From Candidatus Omnitrophota bacterium (lineage in GTDB: Bacteria; Omnitrophota; Gorgyraeia; Gygaellales; Profunditerraquicolaceae), in NCBI GenBank assembly GCA_030650425.1, contig JAUSED010000002.1:2388-66387 (forward strand): a DNA stretch of 64,000 bases, in the 5' to 3' direction. Positions 52,782-64,000 of this stretch are shown here, piece after piece (the stretch's first letter is position 1; every line of letters starts with the position of its first letter). The position numbers and the translations under genes are program-made. The notes under the pieces are model-generated. The model was not told where the DNA came from. It saw only the letters and a program-made list of their open reading frames with translations, and did no database searches.

Positions 52782-54046
52782 TTATGAGCCTTTCCTTGGC
52801 AAAGAGTGTACTCCACAAAGCCCTTTAACCTGCGGCCGATAAACGGTGAATTTTTGGATTTGGATAATAAATTTTCTTTTTTTACTACCCATTCCTTAAC
52901 CGGATCCACCACGATAATATCCGCATCCGCTCCTACGCTTAAGGTTCCTTTGTTAATACTTAAAATCCGACTGGGATTAAGCGACATCTTGGTAACTAAT
53001 TTTCCCCAATCTAATAAATGATTTTCAATCAGCTCGTTGATCGCTGCGGCCAGCTCTGTTTCTAAACCAATTACTCCAAACTCCGCCCTTTCAAACTCAA
53101 TATCCTTTTCATTCTCGGTATGCGGGGCATGATCCGAGGCAATTACGTCTATTGTTCCGTCGGATAAACCTTGACGGATAGCCAACATATCTTCCCTCGC
53201 GCGTAGCGGCGGGTTCATCTTAAAATTAGCATCATAACCTAACACCGCCTCTTCAGCGAAACTAAAATAATGTGGAGCAGTTTCGCAGGTAACCTTGATC
53301 CCTTTTTTCTTAGCCTTGGCAATCATCTCTACCGATTCCTTACAGCTCAGATGAGCAATATGAATACTGGCGCCGGCTTTCTCTGCCAGTTCAATATCGC
53401 GCTCGATTCTTTTATATTCGGATGCGACGGATACTCCACGCAGCCCCAAGCGCGTCGAGGTAAAACCTAAATTTACCTGCCCGCAGCAGGAAAGTTTCTT
53501 ATCTTCGGAGTGAACAATCACCAAAAGGCCTTCTCTTTTGGCTAGCCTTAGCGCCTCTAACATCAGCGTATCGTTCTCTACCGACGCGCCATCGTCAGAA
53601 ATAGCGATTGCCCCGGATTTCTTCAGGCCGGGGATATCGCTTAAGACTTCTCCGGCTCGCTCCTTGGTAATCGCGGCACAAATGAAGACATTGGCCTGCG
53701 CGCTTTTTTGAATCGCTTCTTTCAGCATCTTAATATGCGCGGCAGAATCTATTGCCGGCTCGGTATTCGGCATAGCTAAAACGCTAGTTACTCCGCCAGC
53801 TAGGGCGGCTTTGGTGCCGCTCTCGATTGTTTCTTTGTCTTCCCTACCCGGTTCCCTTAAATGTACATGCATATCGACGATACCCGGCATAACCAGCTTA
53901 TCCCCTGCCTCAATTATTTTATCCGCATCCGCCTTAATATTCTTAGCTACTTTAGCTATCTTACTATCTTCTATCAGCATATCCATTACCGCGTCAATAT
54001 TATTCGCCGGGTCAATTACCCTGCCGGACCTAATCAGTATTTTCAT
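52769..54046 (-). CDS. pyrC: Dihydroorotase
   Basis: PGIVDMHVHLREPG…, …DHAPH…. Confidence 0.9.
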   Translation of the reverse strand: MKILIRSGRVIDPANNIDAVMDMLIEDSKIAKVAKNIKADADKIIEAGDKLVMPGIVDMHVHLREPGREDKETIESGTKAALAGGVTSVLAMPNTEPAIDSAAHIKMLKEAIQKSAQANVFICAAITKERAGEVLSDIPGLKKSGAIAISDDGASVENDTLMLEALRLAKREGLLVIVHSEDKKLSCCGQVNLGFTSTRLGLRGVSVASEYKRIERDIELAEKAGASIHIAHLSCKESVEMIAKAKKKGIKVTCETAPHYFSFAEEAVLGYDANFKMNPPLRAREDMLAIRQGLSDGTIDVIASDHAPHTENEKDIEFERAEFGVIGLETELAAAINELIENHLLDWGKLVTKMSLNPSRILSINKGTLSVGADADIIVVDPVKEWVVKKENLLSKSKNSPFIGRRLKGFVEYTLCQGKAHKWNL

Positions 54047-54977
54047 TTTTTATCTTTTCATTGGCTTGGGCTACCAAAAACAAGACTGCCATTCTTACGG
54101 CGATCCCGTTAGTAACCTGCTCCAATATAACCGAATTCTCTCCATCTGCCACTCCGCTAGACATTTCAATTCCGCGGTTAACCGGGCCGGGATGCATAAC
54201 AATAATATCTTTTTTGGCTTGCTTAAGCCTCTCTTTGGTAATCCCGAATTCCTTAAAATATTCCAGCTGCTTCGGAAAAGCAGTTTCGCCATCGCGTTCA
54301 AACTGCATCCTTAACACATTCACTGCATCCGCGTTCTTCAGGGCTTCATCTATATCATTGGTTAGATTAACACCCATCTTCTCTATCCCCGGCGGGATAA
54401 GCATTTTCGGCGCGCAAACAGTTAGCTTCGCGCCTAATTTAGTTAAACCCCAAATATTGGAGCGGGCCACGCGCGAATGCGCGATATCTCCAACTATGCT
54501 CACCTGCAAACCTTCAATCTTACCCAGCTTTTCTTTGAGGGTAAAAATATCCAAGAGCGCCTGAGTAGGATGTTCATGCCAGCCGTCTCCGGCATTGACC
54601 ACACTCACATTAACGTGACGGGCAAGCATAATTGCCGCGCCGCTAAAATTATGACGGATGACAATAATATCGGCTTTTAAGGCTTCGATATTCCTGCCGG
54701 TGTCAATCAGGGTTTCGCCTTTTTTTACGCTGGATGTCTCTGTGGCAATATTAATCACATCGGCGGATAATCTCTTAGCGGCCACCTCAAAAGACACGCG
54801 GGTGCGTGTGGAAGGTTCATAAAATAGATTCACCACGGTCTTTCCGCGCAGCGCCGGAACTTTTTTAATTTCGCGGGTAGAAACTTCTTTAAAAGATTCG
54901 GCGGTGGACAGAATTAGCTCTAATTCCTCTTTACTTAGTTCTTCCAATCCCAGAAGGTCCTTACGCACCCAGTTCAT
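54030..54977 (-). CDS. pyrB: Aspartate carbamoyltransferase catalytic subunit
   Basis: FYEPSTRTRVSFE, HPTQALLD, HPGPVNRG. Confidence 0.9.
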   Translation of the reverse strand: MNWVRKDLLGLEELSKEELELILSTAESFKEVSTREIKKVPALRGKTVVNLFYEPSTRTRVSFEVAAKRLSADVINIATETSSVKKGETLIDTGRNIEALKADIIVIRHNFSGAAIMLARHVNVSVVNAGDGWHEHPTQALLDIFTLKEKLGKIEGLQVSIVGDIAHSRVARSNIWGLTKLGAKLTVCAPKMLIPPGIEKMGVNLTNDIDEALKNADAVNVLRMQFERDGETAFPKQLEYFKEFGITKERLKQAKKDIIVMHPGPVNRGIEMSSGVADGENSVILEQVTNGIAVRMAVLFLVAQANEKIKNENTD

Positions 54978-54978
54978 T

Positions 54979-55518
54979 TTAATTTTTCTCGATAATCACC
55001 ACTTCATCCACGCCTTCAGTCTCCTGTAAGCGCACTTCTACCGCCTCATCTTGAGAAGTGGGGATATTTTTACCGGCGTAATCCGCCCGGATCGGTAACT
55101 CGCGGTGGCCGCGGTCAATCAAAACCGCCAGCTGTATTGATTTTGGCCGGCCAAAATCGATTAGCGCATCTAATGCGGCCCTAATCGTCCTGCCGGTATA
55201 AAGCACGTCATCAACTAAGACTAAATTTTTGTCATTAATATCAAAATCTATCTCGGTTTTACGCACCACGGGTACGCCTGAAGCCAGGGCTAAATCATCC
55301 CTGTATAAAGTTATATCCAAAGCACCGGTAACAACTTCTGTGCCTTCGATATTCTTAATGCAGCTGGCTAACCGCTGAGCCAGATAAACCCCCCGGTTCC
55401 TTATGCCGACTAGACATAATCCTTGCGTGCCTTTATTTTTTTCCACTATCTCGTGGGCAATGCGGGTTATTGCTCTGGCAATTCCATCTTTGTCTAATAT
55501 TTTGGCTTTTTCTTTCAT
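54979..55518 (-). CDS. pyrR: Bifunctional pyrimidine operon regulator/uracil phosphoribosyltransferase
   Basis: …[21 protein letters not shown]… is the PRTase motif. The length is 179 aa. Confidence 0.85.
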   Translation of the reverse strand: MKEKAKILDKDGIARAITRIAHEIVEKNKGTQGLCLVGIRNRGVYLAQRLASCIKNIEGTEVVTGALDITLYRDDLALASGVPVVRKTEIDFDINDKNLVLVDDVLYTGRTIRAALDALIDFGRPKSIQLAVLIDRGHRELPIRADYAGKNIPTSQDEAVEVRLQETEGVDEVVIIEKN

Positions 55519-55675
55519 TGGTTAGCGGCTAAAAAAATACCCCTGGCTTTTTTGCCAAGGGTTCATATTTTCTGATACGCTCTTTTTCATTTTTATTACC
55601 TTGCCAGCTTCTCAAGAGCCGGCTTAAAGGTCCTTATTGTCTTTAAGTATACCATAACCTTAGCCTTTGTCAAGG

Positions 55676-56329
55676 TTAAATAATCACCACAAATTCACCG
55701 CGGGGTTTTTGACTGGAAAAATGCTCTAAAAGTTCTTTGGCGCTGCCGCGCTTGACCTCTTCGAACTTTTTGGTAAGTTCCCTGCAGAGAACGACTTTAC
55801 GCTCTGCAAAAACTTCCGCGATATCTTGAAGAGTTTTAAGGATGCGGTGGCTGGATTCATAAAAAATTACAGTCAGCTCGAGTTTTTTTAATTCCTTAAG
55901 CCTGTTTTTTCTGGCAACGGCTTTAGCCGATAAAAAACCTTCAAAAATAAACGCATGCGCCGGCTTTCCGGAAAGCACTAGCGCGTTAACCAAAGCCACC
56001 GCGCCCGGAATAACCGTTAAAGGAATATTATGTTCTATCGCCAGATTAATCAGGTTATATCCGGGATCAAGGATGCCGGGAGTACCGGCATCGGAAACCA
56101 GCGCGATATTTTTACCTGCTTTTAAAAGCCCAAGCAGGTATTCTCCTTTGGTAAACCTATTGTGCTGGTAAAAACTAGTGGTGGGTTTATTAATACCATA
56201 GTGATCAAGCAGGATTTTGCTATGCCGCGTGTCTTCACAAGCAATCAAATCCACGCTCTTTAAAACCTCGATTGCCCGCAGAGTTATATCTTTTAAATTA
56301 CCGATAGGTGTAGCGACAATATAAAGCAT
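55676..56329 (-). CDS. rsmI: 16S rRNA (cytidine1402-2'-O)-methyltransferase
   Basis: MLYIVATPIGNLKDITLRAIEVL…ACEDTRHS… It is shorter than typical RsmI. Confidence 0.75.
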   Translation of the reverse strand: MLYIVATPIGNLKDITLRAIEVLKSVDLIACEDTRHSKILLDHYGINKPTTSFYQHNRFTKGEYLLGLLKAGKNIALVSDAGTPGILDPGYNLINLAIEHNIPLTVIPGAVALVNALVLSGKPAHAFIFEGFLSAKAVARKNRLKELKKLELTVIFYESSHRILKTLQDIAEVFAERKVVLCRELTKKFEEVKRGSAKELLEHFSSQKPRGEFVVII

Positions 56330-58167
56330 TATTCAACGGTTACGGATTTGGCGAGATTTCTCGGCTGATCCACGTCGCAGCCGCGCTTGACGGCAATGTG
56401 ATAGGCGATTAATTGCAGAGGAAAAGCCACTAAAAGAGGAGAAAACAGCTCATCTACTTTAGGGATATAAATAACTTCACGGGTCAGCTCTGAAACTTCT
56501 TTGTCTCCTAAGGTGGCGATAGCGATAATTTTTCCGTGCCGGGAGCGGATCTCCTGAATATTCGAAACCATTTTTTCATAGATCTTAGAGGCTGGGGCAA
56601 TGCAAACTACCGCGCGGTATTCATCAATCAAGGCAATCGGACCATGTTTCATCTCTCCGGCAGCATAACCCTCCGCGGGAATATAAGAAATTTCTTTTAG
56701 TTTCAGCGCGCCTTCCAGGGCTGAAGGGTAATTAATGTTTCTCCCCAGATATAAAAATGAACCGAGGTGCGCATGCTTACGGGCGAGCTTAGCGATACTC
56801 TTTTGATCTTTAAGTATCAGCTCCTGCTGTTTAGGTATTTTGCGCAACTCATTCAGGTATTTGCTGATTTTGGTTTCCGGCAGAATATTTCTTATTTCAG
56901 CCAGATAAAAAGCAAATAAATACAGGGCGGTTAACTGCGCGGTATAAGCCTTAGTTGAAGCAACCCCGATTTCCGGCCCGGCGTGCGTATAAATCACGCC
57001 GTCGGATTCACGGGTTAAGGTTGAACCTAAAACATTACAAATAGAGACTACGGTTGAACCGCGTTTCTTGGCCTCCCTGACACCAGCTAAGGTATCCGCG
57101 GTTTCGCCTGACTGGCTGATCGCTATCACCAGAGTTTCCGGGCCGATCAAAAGGTCACGGTATCTAAATTCGCTGGAGACATCTACCTGTGTAGGAATGG
57201 CGCAGATTGAGTCTAAAATATATTTTCCAATTAACCCTGCGTGATAGGCCGTGCCGCAGGCAACGATAAAAATACTCTCTATCCCCTTAAGCTTATCCAC
57301 CGGGATATTCTGCTCTTCAAAGGTTATTTTATTGGTTTGCTTATCTATCCTTGAGTTGATTAAGCTCTCCAAAATTTTTGGCTGTTCGTTAATTTCTTTC
57401 AGCATAAAATGCTCGAAGCCGTTTTTCTGCGCTTGAGTAATATCCCAATTAATATGCGTAGGTTTTTTAAAGATAACCTTGCCGTCTAGGTCAGTAACCT
57501 TAAAACTATCTTTGGCTAAAACAACTATTTCATTCTCATCCAAAAAAATAATGTCTTTAGTCGATTCTAATACGGCCGGGGCGTCCGAGGCGAGAAAATT
57601 CTCTCCGTTACCCACGCCTAAGATCAAAGGGCTGCCGGAACGCGCACCCACCAGTTTCCCCGGCTCTTTTGCGGAAATCACTCCAATAGCAAAAGAACCG
57701 GTTAATAGCTGAATGGCTTGACGCACGGCTTCTTCCAATGGAATATTTTGATAAAATTTTTCGATGAGATGCACGATGACCTCGGTATCGGTCTGGCTGC
57801 GAAAGGTATGGCCTTCTTTAATCAGCTGATTTTTGAGTACCTCGAAATTTTCGATAATGCCGTTATGTGCCAAAGCAAGCTCTCCCTGACAATCTTCGTG
57901 GGGATGGGCGTTGGCTTGATTGGGCTCTCCATGAGTTGCCCAACGGGTGTGGGCGATGCCGATATTGCCCGAAAGAGGCTTGGCTTTAATTATTTTTTCT
58001 AACGCGCTGATTTTCCCCGGAGACTTTCTGATGGATATACCGTTTTTCTTAGGCAGGATGATAGCTATGCCGCTGGAATCGTAACCGCGGTATTCTAGCC
58101 GCTTGAGCCCGGAGAGTAAAATAGGCTGGGCCTCTCTTTCTCCGACATATCCAACTATGCCACACAT
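56329..58167 (-). CDS. glmS: Glutamine--fructose-6-phosphate aminotransferase
   Basis: The N-terminus MCGIVGYVG, two SIS domains, and the C-terminus …KSVTVE. Confidence 0.95.
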   Translation of the reverse strand: MCGIVGYVGEREAQPILLSGLKRLEYRGYDSSGIAIILPKKNGISIRKSPGKISALEKIIKAKPLSGNIGIAHTRWATHGEPNQANAHPHEDCQGELALAHNGIIENFEVLKNQLIKEGHTFRSQTDTEVIVHLIEKFYQNIPLEEAVRQAIQLLTGSFAIGVISAKEPGKLVGARSGSPLILGVGNGENFLASDAPAVLESTKDIIFLDENEIVVLAKDSFKVTDLDGKVIFKKPTHINWDITQAQKNGFEHFMLKEINEQPKILESLINSRIDKQTNKITFEEQNIPVDKLKGIESIFIVACGTAYHAGLIGKYILDSICAIPTQVDVSSEFRYRDLLIGPETLVIAISQSGETADTLAGVREAKKRGSTVVSICNVLGSTLTRESDGVIYTHAGPEIGVASTKAYTAQLTALYLFAFYLAEIRNILPETKISKYLNELRKIPKQQELILKDQKSIAKLARKHAHLGSFLYLGRNINYPSALEGALKLKEISYIPAEGYAAGEMKHGPIALIDEYRAVVCIAPASKIYEKMVSNIQEIRSRHGKIIAIATLGDKEVSELTREVIYIPKVDELFSPLLVAFPLQLIAYHIAVKRGCDVDQPRNLAKSVTVE

Positions 58168-58182
58168 TGAGCACCTATTTAG

Positions 58183-58257
58183 TGACCCCGACGGGATTTG
58201 AACCCGTGTCGAGAGCTTGAAAAGCTCTTGTCCTAGACCAGGCTAGACGACGGGGTC
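58183..58257 (-). tRNA. tRNA-Glu (anticodon TTC)
   Basis: On the minus strand: GACCCCG-TCGTCTAGCCTGGTCTAGGACA-AGAGC-TTTTCAA-GCTCT-CGAC-ACGGG-TTCAAAT-CCCGT-CGGGGTC-A. The D-arm TCGTCTAG…CCAGGACA is typical of tRNA-Glu. Confidence 0.8.
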
Positions 58258-58262
58258 GAGCC

Positions 58263-60695
58263 TTATTCTTCCTCTTCAGCAATTACCGGAGCCACGCAGG
58301 AAACCCGGTCTTTATCCTGTAATTTGATCAGGCGGACACCCTGAGAAGAGCGCCCGGTTTCACGGATATCCTTGATCGCGCAACGTAAAAATATACCATT
58401 CTGGGTAATCACCATTAATTCGTCATTATCGCTGACCGTCTTAAGCGTTACCGCCTCGCCGTTTTTATCCGTAACCTTTATATTAATCACTCCCTTACCG
58501 CCGCGCGAGGTAAGCCTATATTCATCGACCGTAGTGCGCTTGGCAAACCCCAATGAAGTAACGGTTAAGATGGCGGAGCCTTTCTGGGGAATAACTAAAT
58601 CAATAACCTCGTCTTTTTTGGCCAAAGATATGGCCTTTACTCCCCGCGCGCCTCTGCCCATATCGCGTACTTTTGCCTCGGGGAACCTGATAGCCTTACC
58701 TTGGCGCGTGCCAATTAATAACTCCTGCTTACCATCAGTAAGCTCAACACCGATTAACGCGTCATCCTTATCTAAGGTAATTCCGAGAATCCCGCCTTTT
58801 CTGGGATTGCCATACGCCTCGAGCTTGGTCTTTTTGATTGAGCCAAGTTTAGTCACCATCACCAGATATTTATCGGCGGAAAATTCTTTAACCGGTATGG
58901 TTGAGCTGATTTTATAGCCCGCGGGCACATCTACTAAATTTATGATAGCCTTGCCTTTAGATGTACGGCTGGCTTGCGGAATCTCATAAACCTTCAGCCA
59001 ATGCACCTGTCCTTTATCGGTAAAAATCAAAAGATAGTCTTTGGTGGAAGCGACAAAGAGGTGTTCAATAAAATCTTCCTCCTTAACTTCGGCTCCCATC
59101 GCGCCTTTACCCCCGCGCTTTTGCTTACGGTAAGCGCTGACCGGCAGGCGCTTAATATAACCGCCGTGGCTGATAGTTACTACCACGTCTTCTTCGGCGA
59201 TTAAGTCTTCTACCTCCAGCTCTTCCACGTCACCGACGATATCTGTGCGGCGCTCATCACCGTATTTCTTCTTCAGCTCCCCTAATTCAGCCTTAATAAT
59301 TTCTTCAATCTTTTTCTCCGAACCCAAAATAGCCCTGCATATCTCAATTTTCTTTAAGAGTTCGGCGTATTCGGCATCCAATTTATCGCGTTCGAGCGCG
59401 GTCAAGCGCTGTAATTGCATCTCCAAGATTGCCTGAGATTGAATTTCCGAAAGTTCGAATTCTTTCATTAAATTTATCTTGGCCGCCTCAACAGACTTCG
59501 AGGTTTTAATAACCTTAATGATCCGGTCGATAAATTTGAGCGCGATCTTTAAGCCTTCCAAAATATGCGCCCGCTTTAATGCCTTATCTAATTCGAATTG
59601 CGTCCTGCGCCGGATAATCACTTTCCGGTGCTCGATGTAACAATCAAGTATCTGCTTTAAATTTAAAACCCGCGGCCTGTTTTCAACCAAGGCGAGCATA
59701 ATGATGCCAAAGGTAGTCTTTAACTGCGTATGTTTGAAAAGCTGATTCAGGATAATCTGCGGCTCGGTATCACGCTTTAATTCCACCACTATTCGCATAC
59801 CGTCTTTATCCGATTCATCGCGGATATCGGAAATACCCTCGATCTTTTTATCATCTACCAAGCCGGCAATTACCTCAATCAGTGTTGATTTCTGCACCTG
59901 ATAGGGAATTTCAGTAAAGACAATTAAGTCTTTACCATTCTTCTGGTGCTCAATCGTTGACCGGGCGCGCACAATAAGTTTGCCGCGTCCTGTATTGTAG
60001 GCCTCTTTAATCCCGCCTTTCCCACAGATGATGCCGCCCGTCGGAAAATCCGGGCCCTTAATATAACGTGTCAGATCCTTAATCTCGGCTGAGGGATTAT
60101 CCAAAAGATAAATAAGCGCATCCGCCACCTCATTTAGATTATGCGGCGGAATATTGGTGGCCATGCCCACGGCAATACCGCTTGAGCCATTGACCAAAAG
60201 ATTAGGTAAGGCTGCGGGTAACAAAAGCGGCTCTTTGAGCGAGGCGTCGAAGTTCGGCCCGAAATTGACTGTATCTTTTTCAATGTCGCCTAGCATATCG
60301 TCGCTAATCGCAGCCATCCTTGCCTCGGTGTAGCGCATAGCTGCAGCAGCATCTCCGTCGACCGATCCGAAGTTTCCTTGACCGTCAACCAACGGATAAC
60401 GCAAGGAAAAATCCTGCGCCATTCTCACTAAAGTATCATACACCGCCACGTCACCGTGCGGATGATATTTCCCGAGGACTTCGCCGACGATACGAGCGCA
60501 TTTCTTGTAGGGCTTGGAGTGATCCAGATTCAGATCCTGCATAGCGTAAAGAATCCTTCTATGCACGGGCTTGAGACCGTCGCGCACATCCGGAAGCGCG
60601 CGGCCGACGATTACGCTCATCGCGTAATTCAAATATGAATCCTTAACCTCTTCTTCGATATAGACTGAAATAATTTTTTCGTTGCGCGTATACAT
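58263..60695 (-). CDS. gyrA: DNA gyrase subunit A
   Basis: [28 protein letters not shown], the active-site region, and the C-terminal β-pinwheel. Confidence 0.95.
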   Translation of the reverse strand: MYTRNEKIISVYIEEEVKDSYLNYAMSVIVGRALPDVRDGLKPVHRRILYAMQDLNLDHSKPYKKCARIVGEVLGKYHPHGDVAVYDTLVRMAQDFSLRYPLVDGQGNFGSVDGDAAAAMRYTEARMAAISDDMLGDIEKDTVNFGPNFDASLKEPLLLPAALPNLLVNGSSGIAVGMATNIPPHNLNEVADALIYLLDNPSAEIKDLTRYIKGPDFPTGGIICGKGGIKEAYNTGRGKLIVRARSTIEHQKNGKDLIVFTEIPYQVQKSTLIEVIAGLVDDKKIEGISDIRDESDKDGMRIVVELKRDTEPQIILNQLFKHTQLKTTFGIIMLALVENRPRVLNLKQILDCYIEHRKVIIRRRTQFELDKALKRAHILEGLKIALKFIDRIIKVIKTSKSVEAAKINLMKEFELSEIQSQAILEMQLQRLTALERDKLDAEYAELLKKIEICRAILGSEKKIEEIIKAELGELKKKYGDERRTDIVGDVEELEVEDLIAEEDVVVTISHGGYIKRLPVSAYRKQKRGGKGAMGAEVKEEDFIEHLFVASTKDYLLIFTDKGQVHWLKVYEIPQASRTSKGKAIINLVDVPAGYKISSTIPVKEFSADKYLVMVTKLGSIKKTKLEAYGNPRKGGILGITLDKDDALIGVELTDGKQELLIGTRQGKAIRFPEAKVRDMGRGARGVKAISLAKKDEVIDLVIPQKGSAILTVTSLGFAKRTTVDEYRLTSRGGKGVINIKVTDKNGEAVTLKTVSDNDELMVITQNGIFLRCAIKDIRETGRSSQGVRLIKLQDKDRVSCVAPVIAEEEE

Positions 60696-60698
60696 AGA

Positions 60699-63961
<3,263 letters not shown>

Positions 63962-64000
63962 TAAATCCCTGATGACAACTTCGATTGTATCCTTAATTTT

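Overview
This is a 64-kb segment of a bacterial chromosome, about 45% GC, with nearly every gene on the minus strand. It looks like an uncultivated lineage that carries giant genes; any Omnitrophota-like placement is inference only. Reading from coordinate 1 upward, the window holds these groups of features:
- An edge-truncated giant secreted repeat protein (at least 3190 aa inside the window) and an adjacent 991-aa secreted protein with a DUF2341-like domain.
- A regulatory module: an AlbA_2/HATPase/wHTH regulator and a NarL-type two-component pair.
- A secretin locus: a MerR-like regulator, an MshM/ExeA-like ATPase, a PilP/GspC-like protein, and two tandem secretin paralogs, one of which carries a C-terminal TPR fusion.
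- A PKD-domain lipoprotein and a PilZ-domain protein.
- Housekeeping genes folE, mnmE, folC and purH.
- A YchF-like protein without a P-loop next to an EF-G-like GTPase whose switch-II motif reads DTPGY.
- A KamA-family radical-SAM aminomutase followed by two tandem Ddl-like ATP-grasp ligases.
- A hyp cluster: a HypF reduced to its Kae1-like C-terminal domain, then hypC, hypD and hypE, interleaved with an HhH-GPD glycosylase, an M20 peptidase, a PAC2-like protein and a UPF0280 protein.
- A DnaQ-like exonuclease, a DUF2156-like protein, a YkgJ-type cysteine-cluster protein and a CsaA-like tRNA-binding protein.
- Four tRNAs: Asp, Val, Arg and Glu.
- A pyrimidine block: pyrF, pyrD, pyrK, an ICMT-like methyltransferase, mutM, the C-terminal half of carB alone, a TIGR00725 protein, an EndoQ-like PHP protein, pyrC, pyrB and pyrR.
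- rsmI, glmS, gyrA, and gyrB carrying a 191-aa mini-intein.

The most unusual feature is a family of short palindromic elements spread across the whole window. Their stem arms co-vary around a fixed core, GG-NN-AC(T/A)GT-N'N'-CC. A related longer inverted repeat, GGGGACAC(T/A)TT(C/G)C…G(G/C)AA(A/T)GTGTCCCC, also recurs. They occur as BIME-like arrays in short gaps between operon genes, as paired hairpins at terminators, and as in-frame insertions inside at least six protein-coding genes.
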